Below, in pieces: positions 6,697 to 14,739 of a stretch of DNA of 19,496 nt. This stretch comes from an uncultured Thermoplasmata archaeon (lineage in GTDB: Archaea; Thermoplasmatota; Thermoplasmata; RBG-16-68-12), in contig CAVYJM010000002.1 of assembly GCA_963768855.1 (NCBI GenBank), positions 1 through 19,496 on the forward strand. The letters are read 5' to 3'. Below the pieces are notes generated by a model. It saw nothing but the letters and a program-made list of their open reading frames with translations, searched no databases and was not told the DNA's origin. The stretch's first letter is position 1. Every line of letters starts with the position of its first letter. Position numbers and translations under genes: made by a program.

Positions 6697-8302
6697 GGCC
6701 CTCCCGGTACCGTCGGTGGTCCGCGACGAGCTCGCGGTAGAGACGGAGCTCGCTCTCCTTGCGGGCCGCGTTCCAGCCGAGGTGTGCGCCCATGCGATCG
6801 GCGACGGCGGGGGCCGCGGAGGTTCCCTGATCCGGCGACTCATAGAAGAGCCCGAGGCGGCGGACCATCACATCCTCGAGGGTCATCGCCATCTCGTGCT
6901 CGACCGCGAGGCTCACCTCGATCCACAGGTACGGAAGGTCCGGCTCGATCCGGTCCTCCATGGAAGGCTTTCCCAGCCAGGGGCGGAGATCCTCAATCGG
7001 ATGGCGGGAGGCCAGGAAGCCCGCGAAAGCCTCGTCGATGCCGAGGGCGCGAAGTTCCTGCGCCCCGCCCGAACCTGGACCGAGCGCGGCGGCCGCCGTG
7101 GAGCACTCGCCTTTCCGCCCGAGCCGGGCGCAGACCCGGTCGACCACCTCGCGCGCCATCGTGCGGTGCGTGGTGAGCTTGCCTCCCGCGACGGAAATCA
7201 GGCCGTCGGGATCCTCGAAGAGCTCATGCTCACGGGAGATGTCGGATTCCTTCATTGGCTTCCCTTCTTGGAGCAGGGGCCGCAGGCCTGCATACGTGCT
7301 GACCACATCATCGATGCCGACGTGCGCCTCCGGGAAAGCGGCATTGACCGACTCGAGGAGGTAGGCGACGTCCTCGGCCTCGGGGACGACACGGTCCGTG
7401 TCCCCGGAGTAGTCCGTGTCCGTCGTGCCGACCAGGGTCAGGTGGCCCCACGGCAGCACGAACAGCATCCGGCCGTCGCGCTTCGCGCTCAGGACGACCG
7501 CCTCCCGGTTCCCGACCTTCTTCCGCGGCAGGAAGATGTGGATCCCCTTCGTGGGTCGCAGTGTCGAGGAGCCGAGCGGCCGCGATCGCAGACCATCGAG
7601 CCAGACGCCCGTCGCGTTGACCACCGCCGCGGCTCGCGTTTCGAACGCGTCCCCGCTCAGACGGTCGCGGAGGGAGGCCCCGCGCACGCGCCCGTCCTCG
7701 CGCACCAGTGCCGTGGCCTCCGCGTAGGTGGCGGGAGCGGCCCCCGCCTCGGCGGCGGCCCGGACGACCGCGAGCACGAGGCGCGCATCGTTCGTGAGGG
7801 CGTCGTGGTAGAGTCCGCCCCCGCCGAGTCCCTGCTCGGCAAGATTCGGTTCGCGGCCCCGGACTTTCTGAGGCGTCAGCCACTGCCTCCTCGGAAGGAT
7901 CTTGTCCCGCGAGAGGAAGTCGTAGACCCAGAGGCCGAAACGCAGGGTGGTCCGGCCCATCCCTCGCCCCTCGTAGGCGGGGATCGTGAAGGCGAGCGGC
8001 GTTACGAGGGACGGTGCGTTCTCGAGGAGGAGGTCCCGCTCCCGGACCGCCTGCCGGACAAGTCCGACCTTGAAGTTCTTCAGGTAGCGGAGGCCGCCGT
8101 GGACGAGCCGAGACGTCTTGCTACTGGTCCCGCTCGCGAAGTCGCCTCGTTCGACGAGGGCGGTCTTCAGCCCGCGCATCGCCGCGTCCCGAGCGATCCC
8201 GGCGCCGACGATCCCGCCGCCGATCACGAGGAGGTCGAACGCCTCGGATCGCATCCGTTGCAGGTTCGACGCCCGCCCTCGCGGCGAGAGATCCGCGCTC
8301 AT
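6686..8302 (-). CDS. glpD: FAD-dependent glycerol-3-phosphate dehydrogenase/oxidase (GlpD/GlpA family)
   Basis: DLLVIGGGIVGAGIARDAAMRG...DFASGTSSKTSRLVHGGLRYL, VVNATGVW, GGKLTTHR. ATG 8302 overlaps the upstream stop as ATGA. Confidence 0.92.
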   Translation of the reverse strand: MSADLSPRGRASNLQRMRSEAFDLLVIGGGIVGAGIARDAAMRGLKTALVERGDFASGTSSKTSRLVHGGLRYLKNFKVGLVRQAVRERDLLLENAPSLVTPLAFTIPAYEGRGMGRTTLRFGLWVYDFLSRDKILPRRQWLTPQKVRGREPNLAEQGLGGGGLYHDALTNDARLVLAVVRAAAEAGAAPATYAEATALVREDGRVRGASLRDRLSGDAFETRAAAVVNATGVWLDGLRSRPLGSSTLRPTKGIHIFLPRKKVGNREAVVLSAKRDGRMLFVLPWGHLTLVGTTDTDYSGDTDRVVPEAEDVAYLLESVNAAFPEAHVGIDDVVSTYAGLRPLLQEGKPMKESDISREHELFEDPDGLISVAGGKLTTHRTMAREVVDRVCARLGRKGECSTAAAALGPGSGGAQELRALGIDEAFAGFLASRHPIEDLRPWLGKPSMEDRIEPDLPYLWIEVSLAVEHEMAMTLEDVMVRRLGLFYESPDQGTSAAPAVADRMGAHLGWNAARKESELRLYRELVADHRRYREGHGR

Positions 8303-9960
8303 CGCGCCCCCACGAGCTTCCCCGGGTTCATGATCCCCTCGGGATCGAGCTCCCGCTTGAGTGCGCGGAGGACGAGGAGGCCGTCCTCGCCGATGACACG
8401 GCCCAGATAGGGGGCGTGGTCCGCCCCGATTCCATGGTGGTGGCTGAGGGCGCCGCCCGCATCGAGGATTGCGCGGGTGACCGCATCCTTGATCGCCTCC
8501 CACTGAGCGACTTCTTGGCCCTCTCGCGCGACCCCGTACACCGTGAAGTACAGAGAGGCGCCGTCCGGGTAAACGTGGGACACGTGACACAGTACGAGCC
8601 CCGCGCCTCCGTGCTCCCAGAGCGCGAGTTGGAGGGCTTTGGCTCCTGCGTGGTACACCTTCAGCACGTTGGACCACGATGCAGCGGTCTCGACCGTGTC
8701 GACGAGGATGCCATGGTCCAGGAAGGAATCTCGGACGTAGGGGATTTCGAAACGTTCCGCGTACCAGCGTTTCGCCGATCCCGCGCCAAGGCTGGCCGCT
8801 GGGCGCGCAAGGCGGAGGGCGCGACGGCGCTGGTGGGCGACGCGGTCCCGCGCTCCTTCGAATCCCATCAGGAGGAGACTGCCCTGTTCGATCAGATAGC
8901 CCCGGAGTCCAAGGAGCTTGAGCGCGAGGCCCGCGGCCCCGCCGGCTCCTCCGGGGCCGATGCCCCTCCCGGCTGCCATGAACCGGGTCTCCTCCTCGTC
9001 GCTCAGGTACGTCATGTCCGGGAGTGCGTCCTCGCGCGCCATGGACCGGAGTGCCGCGAGGCCCTCTTCGAAGGACCGGAACAGGCGCGAGGCGAACCTC
9101 CGGGCGGCCGGCAGAGGGTGGGCGCGGACAGTGACCTCCGTGATCACTCCGAGGATTCCCTCGGAACCGAGTACAATCTCCTTCAGGTCGGGGCCGTGGT
9201 CCTGGCCGGGCAAGGCGCGCACATCGAGCAACCGCGCGGGGGCGACCAGGCGCAGCCCCACGACCAGATCGTCGATGCGGCCATATCGATTCGAGAGACC
9301 TCCCGCCGCGCGCGTCGCGATCCAACCACCCAGGGTGGAGAACTCCCAGGATTGCGGGAAGTGACCCAGGGTCAAGGACTTCGCCGCAAGTGCCTCCTCC
9401 AGGAGCGGCCCGCGGATGCCGGGCTCTGCAACGACGAGGCCGGACTGCTCGTCGATCGCCTTCACGCGATGCATGCGTCGGAGGTCGAGAGTCAGGGAGG
9501 CGGCGTAGGTCCCGTCGGCGAGTGGCTCAACGCCCCCCACGACACCGGTCCCGCCTCCGAAGGGAACAATGGCGTATCTCCGACGACGGGCGAACTCGAG
9601 CACCGCGCGGATCGCCCCCTCGTCCTCGGGGAAGAGGACCGCATCCGGCGCCCGGAGCAGGGTGCCCGTCCTCAGGCGGACCAGGTCCTTGTAGCTCCGT
9701 CCGACCGCGTGGGAGACGCGGTCCCGCGGCTCCAGAGAGAGGTTCCCCTCGCCCACGAGCTTCTCGAGTTCGGCGATCTCATCGGGCGACAGGAGCGATG
9801 GCGGGATCTGGACCGCGCCGATCGGCGGCACGGAGCGCCGGATGTGAGGGTCGATCTTGAGCCGCTGCTGCAGGTAGGTCCACAGCACGGGGAATCCTTC
9901 GATCGGACGCGACTGGTCGTCCCAGCCCCAGCCCCACCACTTGACCTCCCGTGTCTGCAT
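8299..9960 (-). CDS. FAD-binding oxidoreductase, alkyl-dihydroxyacetone-phosphate synthase (AGPS)-like
   Basis: PDAVLFP...IVPFGGGTGVVGG, LGHFPQSWEFSTLGGWIATRAAG, GSEGILGVITEV, CHVSHVYPDGASLYF, and C-terminal SHHHGIG...LDPEGIMNPGKL. Confidence 0.9.
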   Translation of the reverse strand: MQTREVKWWGWGWDDQSRPIEGFPVLWTYLQQRLKIDPHIRRSVPPIGAVQIPPSLLSPDEIAELEKLVGEGNLSLEPRDRVSHAVGRSYKDLVRLRTGTLLRAPDAVLFPEDEGAIRAVLEFARRRRYAIVPFGGGTGVVGGVEPLADGTYAASLTLDLRRMHRVKAIDEQSGLVVAEPGIRGPLLEEALAAKSLTLGHFPQSWEFSTLGGWIATRAAGGLSNRYGRIDDLVVGLRLVAPARLLDVRALPGQDHGPDLKEIVLGSEGILGVITEVTVRAHPLPAARRFASRLFRSFEEGLAALRSMAREDALPDMTYLSDEEETRFMAAGRGIGPGGAGGAAGLALKLLGLRGYLIEQGSLLLMGFEGARDRVAHQRRRALRLARPAASLGAGSAKRWYAERFEIPYVRDSFLDHGILVDTVETAASWSNVLKVYHAGAKALQLALWEHGGAGLVLCHVSHVYPDGASLYFTVYGVAREGQEVAQWEAIKDAVTRAILDAGGALSHHHGIGADHAPYLGRVIGEDGLLVLRALKRELDPEGIMNPGKLVGAR

Positions 9961-9983
9961 CCGCGCCGCGAAACGGGTCTGCC

Positions 9984-9995
9984 GATAAAGACGTT
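9984..9995 (-). promoter_or_regulatory. TATA-like box of the lipid operon (probably leaderless transcript)
   Basis: Minus strand reads AACGTCTTTATC, ending about 24 nt upstream of ATG 9960. Confidence 0.45.
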
Positions 9996-10033
9996 ACCGG
10001 ACCCACCCGGCGATTCTCCCGGGGCATCGCCCT

Positions 10034-10052
10034 AGTAATAAGGCCTATTACT
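10034..10052. promoter_or_regulatory. AT-rich palindrome in the divergent promoter region
   Basis: AGTAATA-AGGCC-TATTACT, with 7-bp perfect arms. Confidence 0.55.
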
Positions 10053-10075
10053 CACGGCCGACGGTGGCCCCGCCT

Positions 10076-11251
10076 ATGCCGATTCACGCGACGATGACTG
10101 GCAGCTGGTTCCGACCGCCCGAGATCGTGGCCGCCCTCGCCCGCAGTCCGACCGGAGAACTCGGACCCGAGCATCGTAAGGCGGTCGAGGACGCGGAGCG
10201 GGCCGCGATCCGCGAGCAGCTCCATCCGCATGGGAGCCCGGACGGGCTGTACGCGGTCAGCAACGGAGAGCAGCGCAAGGCCGGATATACGAGCTTCCTC
10301 CCGAACCGCTTCGACGGGTTCTCCAAGACGGAGCGGGTCGCGATGCAGTTCCCCGACGCCCTCGTGCAGGAGTTCCAGGAGTCCAACCCTGCGCTCCTCC
10401 AAGCGCTCGCGTCCCAGCAGGGGGGTCCGTTCCAGGCGCCTGCGATCGAAAGTCCTCTCACATACCGTGGGGAGGCGCTCGCGAAGGAGGAGGCGAGCCA
10501 GGCGGCCCGCCTTGCCAAGGAGGAGAAGGCGCCCCGGATCTTCGTCCCTTCGCCCTCGCCCGGCGTCACGACGATCTTCTTCCCGCGAGGCAAGGCCTAT
10601 GCGACCCACCGGGACTACCTCTTCGATCTCGCGAAGGAGCTGCGCAAGGAGTACCGCGCGATCCTGTCCGTGGACGGCGTCGACCTCCAGATCGATGCGC
10701 CCGACCTCGCGATGGGCCGGAACACGGCGGCGTGGGGCAAGGACTACTACGAGCTGCTCCCGCTCCATGTGGACGCGGTGAACGAGGCGATTGCGGGCCT
10801 CCCCGCCGAGCGGATTCGGGTGCACTACTGCTACGGGAACTACCTCGCGTCCCATCGCAACGATCCGGAGCTTTCGAGGGTCCTCCCGCAGCTCCTCCGG
10901 CTCAAGGCCGGCACGGTCGTCGGGGAGGCGGCGAACCCGCGGCACGAGGGCGATGCCCTGGCGGTGGAGGCTCATGTCAAGGAACACTCCTGGCCGAAGG
11001 GCCTCCGGTTCGCGGTCGGGGTCGTAGACGTGAAGACGCCCTTCGTGGAGACGCCGGAAACGATCGCGGCCCGCCTCGAGCGGTTCGGCCGGATCGAGGG
11101 GTTCGATCCCCGCAATCTCCTCGGAGGCACGGACTGCGGCTTCGAGACCTTCCTGGGGTTCGACAACGTGACCCATGAGGTCGCACTCCACAAGCTCGAA
11201 TCCCTCGCGAAGGGCGCGGCGCTCGCCTCTCGGCGGCTTGGCGTGAGTTGA
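10076..11251 (+). CDS. Cobalamin-independent methionine synthase II family (MetE catalytic-domain-like) protein
   Basis: N-terminal TMTGSWFRP, LQIDAPDL, Zn ligands HYC (HYCYGN), EAANPRH, GVVDVK, GTDCGF. Likely ATG is 10076 rather than GTG 10064. Confidence 0.88.
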   Translation: MPIHATMTGSWFRPPEIVAALARSPTGELGPEHRKAVEDAERAAIREQLHPHGSPDGLYAVSNGEQRKAGYTSFLPNRFDGFSKTERVAMQFPDALVQEFQESNPALLQALASQQGGPFQAPAIESPLTYRGEALAKEEASQAARLAKEEKAPRIFVPSPSPGVTTIFFPRGKAYATHRDYLFDLAKELRKEYRAILSVDGVDLQIDAPDLAMGRNTAAWGKDYYELLPLHVDAVNEAIAGLPAERIRVHYCYGNYLASHRNDPELSRVLPQLLRLKAGTVVGEAANPRHEGDALAVEAHVKEHSWPKGLRFAVGVVDVKTPFVETPETIAARLERFGRIEGFDPRNLLGGTDCGFETFLGFDNVTHEVALHKLESLAKGAALASRRLGVS

Positions 11252-11471
11252 ACCCCCCTGACGAGTTGCGCCCGGTCCCCGCATCGACGAGCGGCAACGC
11301 TACGATCGAGCAGAGGATCATGCCGCCGAGCAGATGCTTCGCGCCGATCGTCTTCGTCCGAGGCTCCGCGACCCGCGCCCCGAGCGGCCCCTGGCTCGCC
11401 GTCTTCGGGTTCCGAGGAACCCGGACCTTTCCCTTTTCCGCCTCCGGCTCGGGAGCCATCCGGGCCGCCGC

Positions 11472-11481
11472 AAAGGATTAA
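11472..11481 (+). promoter_or_regulatory. BRE/TATA-like promoter of purP
   Basis: AAAGGATTAA ends 36 nt upstream of ATG 11518. Confidence 0.55.
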
Positions 11482-11517
11482 GGACGCTCGGCCCATCCCA
11501 TCTCCGTTGGGTGGGCC

Positions 11518-12675
11518 ATGATCGACCGCGAGGCCATCGTGGAGGTCCTTGAAGGTTACGACCCCTCCCGGATCTGCATCGCCACTATTGGGTCGCACTC
11601 TGCGCTCGACGTGTGCGACGGGGCGGTGGAGGAAGGCTTCCGGACGATCGCCGTCTGCGAGGAGAAGCGCGAGGCGCCGTACGCGCGCTACTTCCGCGCG
11701 ATCCGCGGCGTGGACGGCCGCCTCCAGCGCGGCATGGTGGACGAGGCGCTCGTCCTGCCGAAGTTCAAGGACGTCCTCTCGGCCAAGATCCAAGACCGGC
11801 TTCGAAAGGCGAACGCGATTTTCGTCCCGAACCGTTCCTTCACCTCCTACTGCGACCTGTCCGCGATCGAGGACGAGTTCCGGGTCCCGCTGTTCGGCAG
11901 CCGAAATCTCCTGAGGACCGAGGAACGCGACGAGGAGCGGAGCTACTACTGGCTCCTCGAGAAGGCGAGGCTTCCGTTCCCCGAGAAGGTCGAGGATCCG
12001 GAGGACATCGATGGCCTCGTCATCGTGAAGCTCCACCACAAGGTCAAGAAGCTGGAGCGCGGCTTCTTCACGGCCGCGAGCCACAAGGAGTACAAGGAGA
12101 AGTCGGACAAGCTCCTGCGCCAGGGCGTCATCTCGAAGGAAGATCTGGCGACCGCCCGCATCGAGCAGTACATCATCGGGCCGATCTTCAACTTCGACTT
12201 CTTCTACTCGCCCATCGAGGAGCAGGGAGAGCGGATCGAGCTCCTCGGGATCGACTGGCGGTTCGAGACCTCCCTCGACGGGCATGTGCGACTGCCCGCG
12301 GAACAGCAGCTCACGCTCGACGAGGACCAGCGGATCCCGGAGTACACGGTCGTGGGGCACAACAGCGCGACGCTGCGCGAGTCGAGCCTCCGGGAGGCGT
12401 TCGGCCTCGCGGAGAAGTACGTGAAGGCGGCCCAGGAGCACTACGCTCCGGGGATCATCGGGCCCTTCACGCTCCAGACCGCGGTGGACAAGGACCTTCA
12501 CTTCTACATCTACGACGTGGCCCCGCGCATCGGCGGTGGGACGAACGTCCATGTCTCCGTGGGCCATCCGTACGGGAACAGCCTGTGGCGGCGGCCTATG
12601 AGCACAGGGCGCCGGGTCGCGATGGAGATCCGCCGCGGCATCGAGAACGGGCGGCTCGCGGACCTCGTCACCTGA
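11518..12675 (+). CDS. purP: Formate--phosphoribosylaminoimidazolecarboxamide ligase (PurP) family protein, ATP-grasp
   Basis: IATIGSHSALD, FVPNRSF, LFGSRNLL, RGFF, IEQYIIG, and C-terminal RIGGGTNVH...PY...MSTGRRVAMEI. It may be the PurP-like paralog rather than the catalytic orthologue. Confidence 0.88.
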   Translation: MIDREAIVEVLEGYDPSRICIATIGSHSALDVCDGAVEEGFRTIAVCEEKREAPYARYFRAIRGVDGRLQRGMVDEALVLPKFKDVLSAKIQDRLRKANAIFVPNRSFTSYCDLSAIEDEFRVPLFGSRNLLRTEERDEERSYYWLLEKARLPFPEKVEDPEDIDGLVIVKLHHKVKKLERGFFTAASHKEYKEKSDKLLRQGVISKEDLATARIEQYIIGPIFNFDFFYSPIEEQGERIELLGIDWRFETSLDGHVRLPAEQQLTLDEDQRIPEYTVVGHNSATLRESSLREAFGLAEKYVKAAQEHYAPGIIGPFTLQTAVDKDLHFYIYDVAPRIGGGTNVHVSVGHPYGNSLWRRPMSTGRRVAMEIRRGIENGRLADLVT

Positions 12676-12888
12676 GGTCCTTGGCCCGCATTCGCCCGGA
12701 CGACGCCGTCCTGCGGTAGCTCCTGAAGCCCGCCGAACCCGCCCTGCGGTACCTGGCCTCGCGAGGCCGTCCTGCCCATAAGCCTCGGCCCTTTGCCCTG
12801 GCGGATTGTCAATCCGGGGAGGGCCCCGGACGAACCTTCATATCGCGTGACACCGTCTACGCCGCCGCCAGAAGGGATCGGACAGCGG

Positions 12889-13899
12889 ATGCTCCTGGGC
12901 TCTCTCGCGCTCTGGCTGGGCGCCATCACAATCGGCTTCCTCGTCCTGAACCAGGGAGCGAAGTTCCTCACGGACAACGCGGCCAAGCTCTCCAAGAAGA
13001 TCGGGCGGAGCCGGTTCGTGATCGGCGCCCTCCTCGTGTCCACGCTGTCCGCGATGCCCGAGCTCCTCGTGAGTGGCATCGCCGTGAAGGAAGGGAGCCC
13101 CGACCTCGCCCTCGGCAACGCCCTCGCGTCCAACGTCGTGACGATCGCGTTCGTCATCGGCCTGAGCGCGGTCGTCAAGCCCATCAAGGCGACGAAGGAG
13201 ATCGTCCTGCGGGACGCCGTCTTCCTCGCAGTCGTCAGCCTCGTCGCCGCGACCCTCCTCCTCGATGGGGACTTCACGATCTTCAAGGGGATCGCCCTCA
13301 TCGCGCTCTTCGTCCCGTACACGCTGAACCTCCTCGTGTCGCAGAAGACGAGCCCCGAGGCGGAGATCGAGAACCGCATCGAGAACATGCGGATCGAGAT
13401 GGAACTCACCGGCTGGCTCTTCGGCCGCAAGGTCGAGGTCCGCGCCGGGGTGAAGTGGCTCGTCTTCGGCGTCCTGTGGTCCGTGATGGGCGCGGAGTTC
13501 CTCGTGCAGGGCGCCATCGGCCTCTCCGAGGCGAGCGGGCTGAGCCCGTGGCTCCTCGGCATCACCGTCGTCGCGGTCGCCACCTCCCTGCCGGACATCG
13601 CGGCCGCCTTCCACGCGACCCGCCAGGGTTACACGGACCTCGTCCTCGGAGAGGGCATCGGGGCGAGCGTCGTCACGACCCTGCTCACCCTGGGGTTGAT
13701 CGGGATCGTGAGCCCAGGCCCGCACAGCGTCTCGATGCTCCTGCCTGTGCTCGCGGCGATGGTCATCTCGTCGTTCCTGCTCCTCACCCTGATGTTCGGC
13801 GAGTGGCGCATCAGCTCGAGGAGCGGCGCGGTCCTCGTGGCGAGCTACTTCGGAATGGTCCTGTTCAACATCGTCTGGCTGCAGGCCGGCCTGATTTGA
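12889..13899 (+). CDS. Sodium:calcium antiporter (CaCA/YrbG family)
   Basis: Two alpha repeats (TLSAMPELLVS...GNALASNV; VATSLPDIAA...GEGIGASV) and about 10 TM helices. Likely ATG is 12889. Confidence 0.88.
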   Translation: MLLGSLALWLGAITIGFLVLNQGAKFLTDNAAKLSKKIGRSRFVIGALLVSTLSAMPELLVSGIAVKEGSPDLALGNALASNVVTIAFVIGLSAVVKPIKATKEIVLRDAVFLAVVSLVAATLLLDGDFTIFKGIALIALFVPYTLNLLVSQKTSPEAEIENRIENMRIEMELTGWLFGRKVEVRAGVKWLVFGVLWSVMGAEFLVQGAIGLSEASGLSPWLLGITVVAVATSLPDIAAAFHATRQGYTDLVLGEGIGASVVTTLLTLGLIGIVSPGPHSVSMLLPVLAAMVISSFLLLTLMFGEWRISSRSGAVLVASYFGMVLFNIVWLQAGLI

Positions 13900-14655
13900 T
13901 CAGTAGACCGTGCCACACCGGACGCACGTGAGGTGGCCGTCTCCGCGCGCGACGAGCTGTCCACCGCAGGCCGTGCAGAACTTCATCTCCGGCTTGAGCT
14001 GCCCCTGCTCGTCCCACTGGTGCTGGGGCCAGGAGCTCTGGGGAGGTGCCTGCCCGGGCCATACGCCCGCCTGCTGCGGCCAGCCGCCCGGAGGCGGGGC
14101 CTGCTGTCCGGCGGGAGGGGCCGGAGGCGCCTGCGGGCCCGCCGGGGGCGGGTACGAGCCCGGGGGCGGCGGCGTCGGGTGGGGCGGCACGTGCTGCATC
14201 ATCCGGAACTGCTCCTCCATGTACGCCTGCTGGTCGACCCGCGTGACCGTCGTGTGGGCCACCCGGTCCATGTAGCGCTGGCGGGGGTCACCCGGCGTCA
14301 GGGCGCCCAGGAGCAGGTCCACGAGGAAGAAGAGCCAGTACACCTTCGAGACGTTGCGGATCATGGCCCGCGGGAGGTCCATGAGCCCGTCCGTGGCCAC
14401 GACCTGCAGGGACACGAGCTTCTTCCCGAGGGTGGCTCCGATCGCGCCTTCGAAGAGCATCGAGTAGACCCACCACACGACCCCCGCGAACAGGGGCCAG
14501 ATGAAGAATCCCCAGAGGAACACCGCGAAGGCGAAGTTGAAGATGAACACGACGATGGAGATCAGGATGCCGTCGATGAACGCGGCAATCAGGCGGCGGA
14601 TCCAGTGCTCCTGCAACGCGGCGTTGTGACCGATCAAGTCGAACGCGGTGGGCAT
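13900..14655 (-). CDS. RDD family membrane protein with a Pro/Gln-rich linker and C-terminal zinc ribbon
   Basis: RRLIAAFID, GATLGKKLVSLQV, R...HD-like segment RYMDRVAHTTV, and C-terminal CTACG...CVRCG. SD AAGGAG lies upstream. Confidence 0.85.
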   Translation of the reverse strand: MPTAFDLIGHNAALQEHWIRRLIAAFIDGILISIVVFIFNFAFAVFLWGFFIWPLFAGVVWWVYSMLFEGAIGATLGKKLVSLQVVATDGLMDLPRAMIRNVSKVYWLFFLVDLLLGALTPGDPRQRYMDRVAHTTVTRVDQQAYMEEQFRMMQHVPPHPTPPPPGSYPPPAGPQAPPAPPAGQQAPPPGGWPQQAGVWPGQAPPQSSWPQHQWDEQGQLKPEMKFCTACGGQLVARGDGHLTCVRCGTVY

Positions 14656-14739
14656 GTCTCACGCTCCTTCAGGATGCGGCGATATCGACCGAACCCTGAT
14701 AAAGATATTGAATCGAAAGTCCCCCCGTCGAATGGCGTG

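Noticed and set aside
8303-9325. 341-codon open extension upstream of glpD suggesting a frameshift fusion with the AGPS-like gene
   Set aside because: Arg/Pro/Gly-rich off-frame text. The clean ATGA overlap at 8299-8302 explains both genes.
5653-10035. Long plus-strand ORFs 5653..7176, 6287..8410 and 8416..10035
   Set aside because: Antisense shadows of the kinase, glpD and AGPS-like genes, with no recognisable motifs.
12755-12768. Perfect 14-bp palindrome GGCCTCGCGAGGCC
   Set aside because: Nearly all G/C; palindromes of this size are expected by chance in a GC-rich window this long.
12681-12780. Mini-frame TTG-ARIRPDDAVLR-TAG-LLKPAEPALRYL that could suggest pyrrolysine read-through
   Set aside because: Too short, with no recognisable family and no pyl or methyltransferase context. 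It is explained by a short CTGCGGTA(G/C) duplication.
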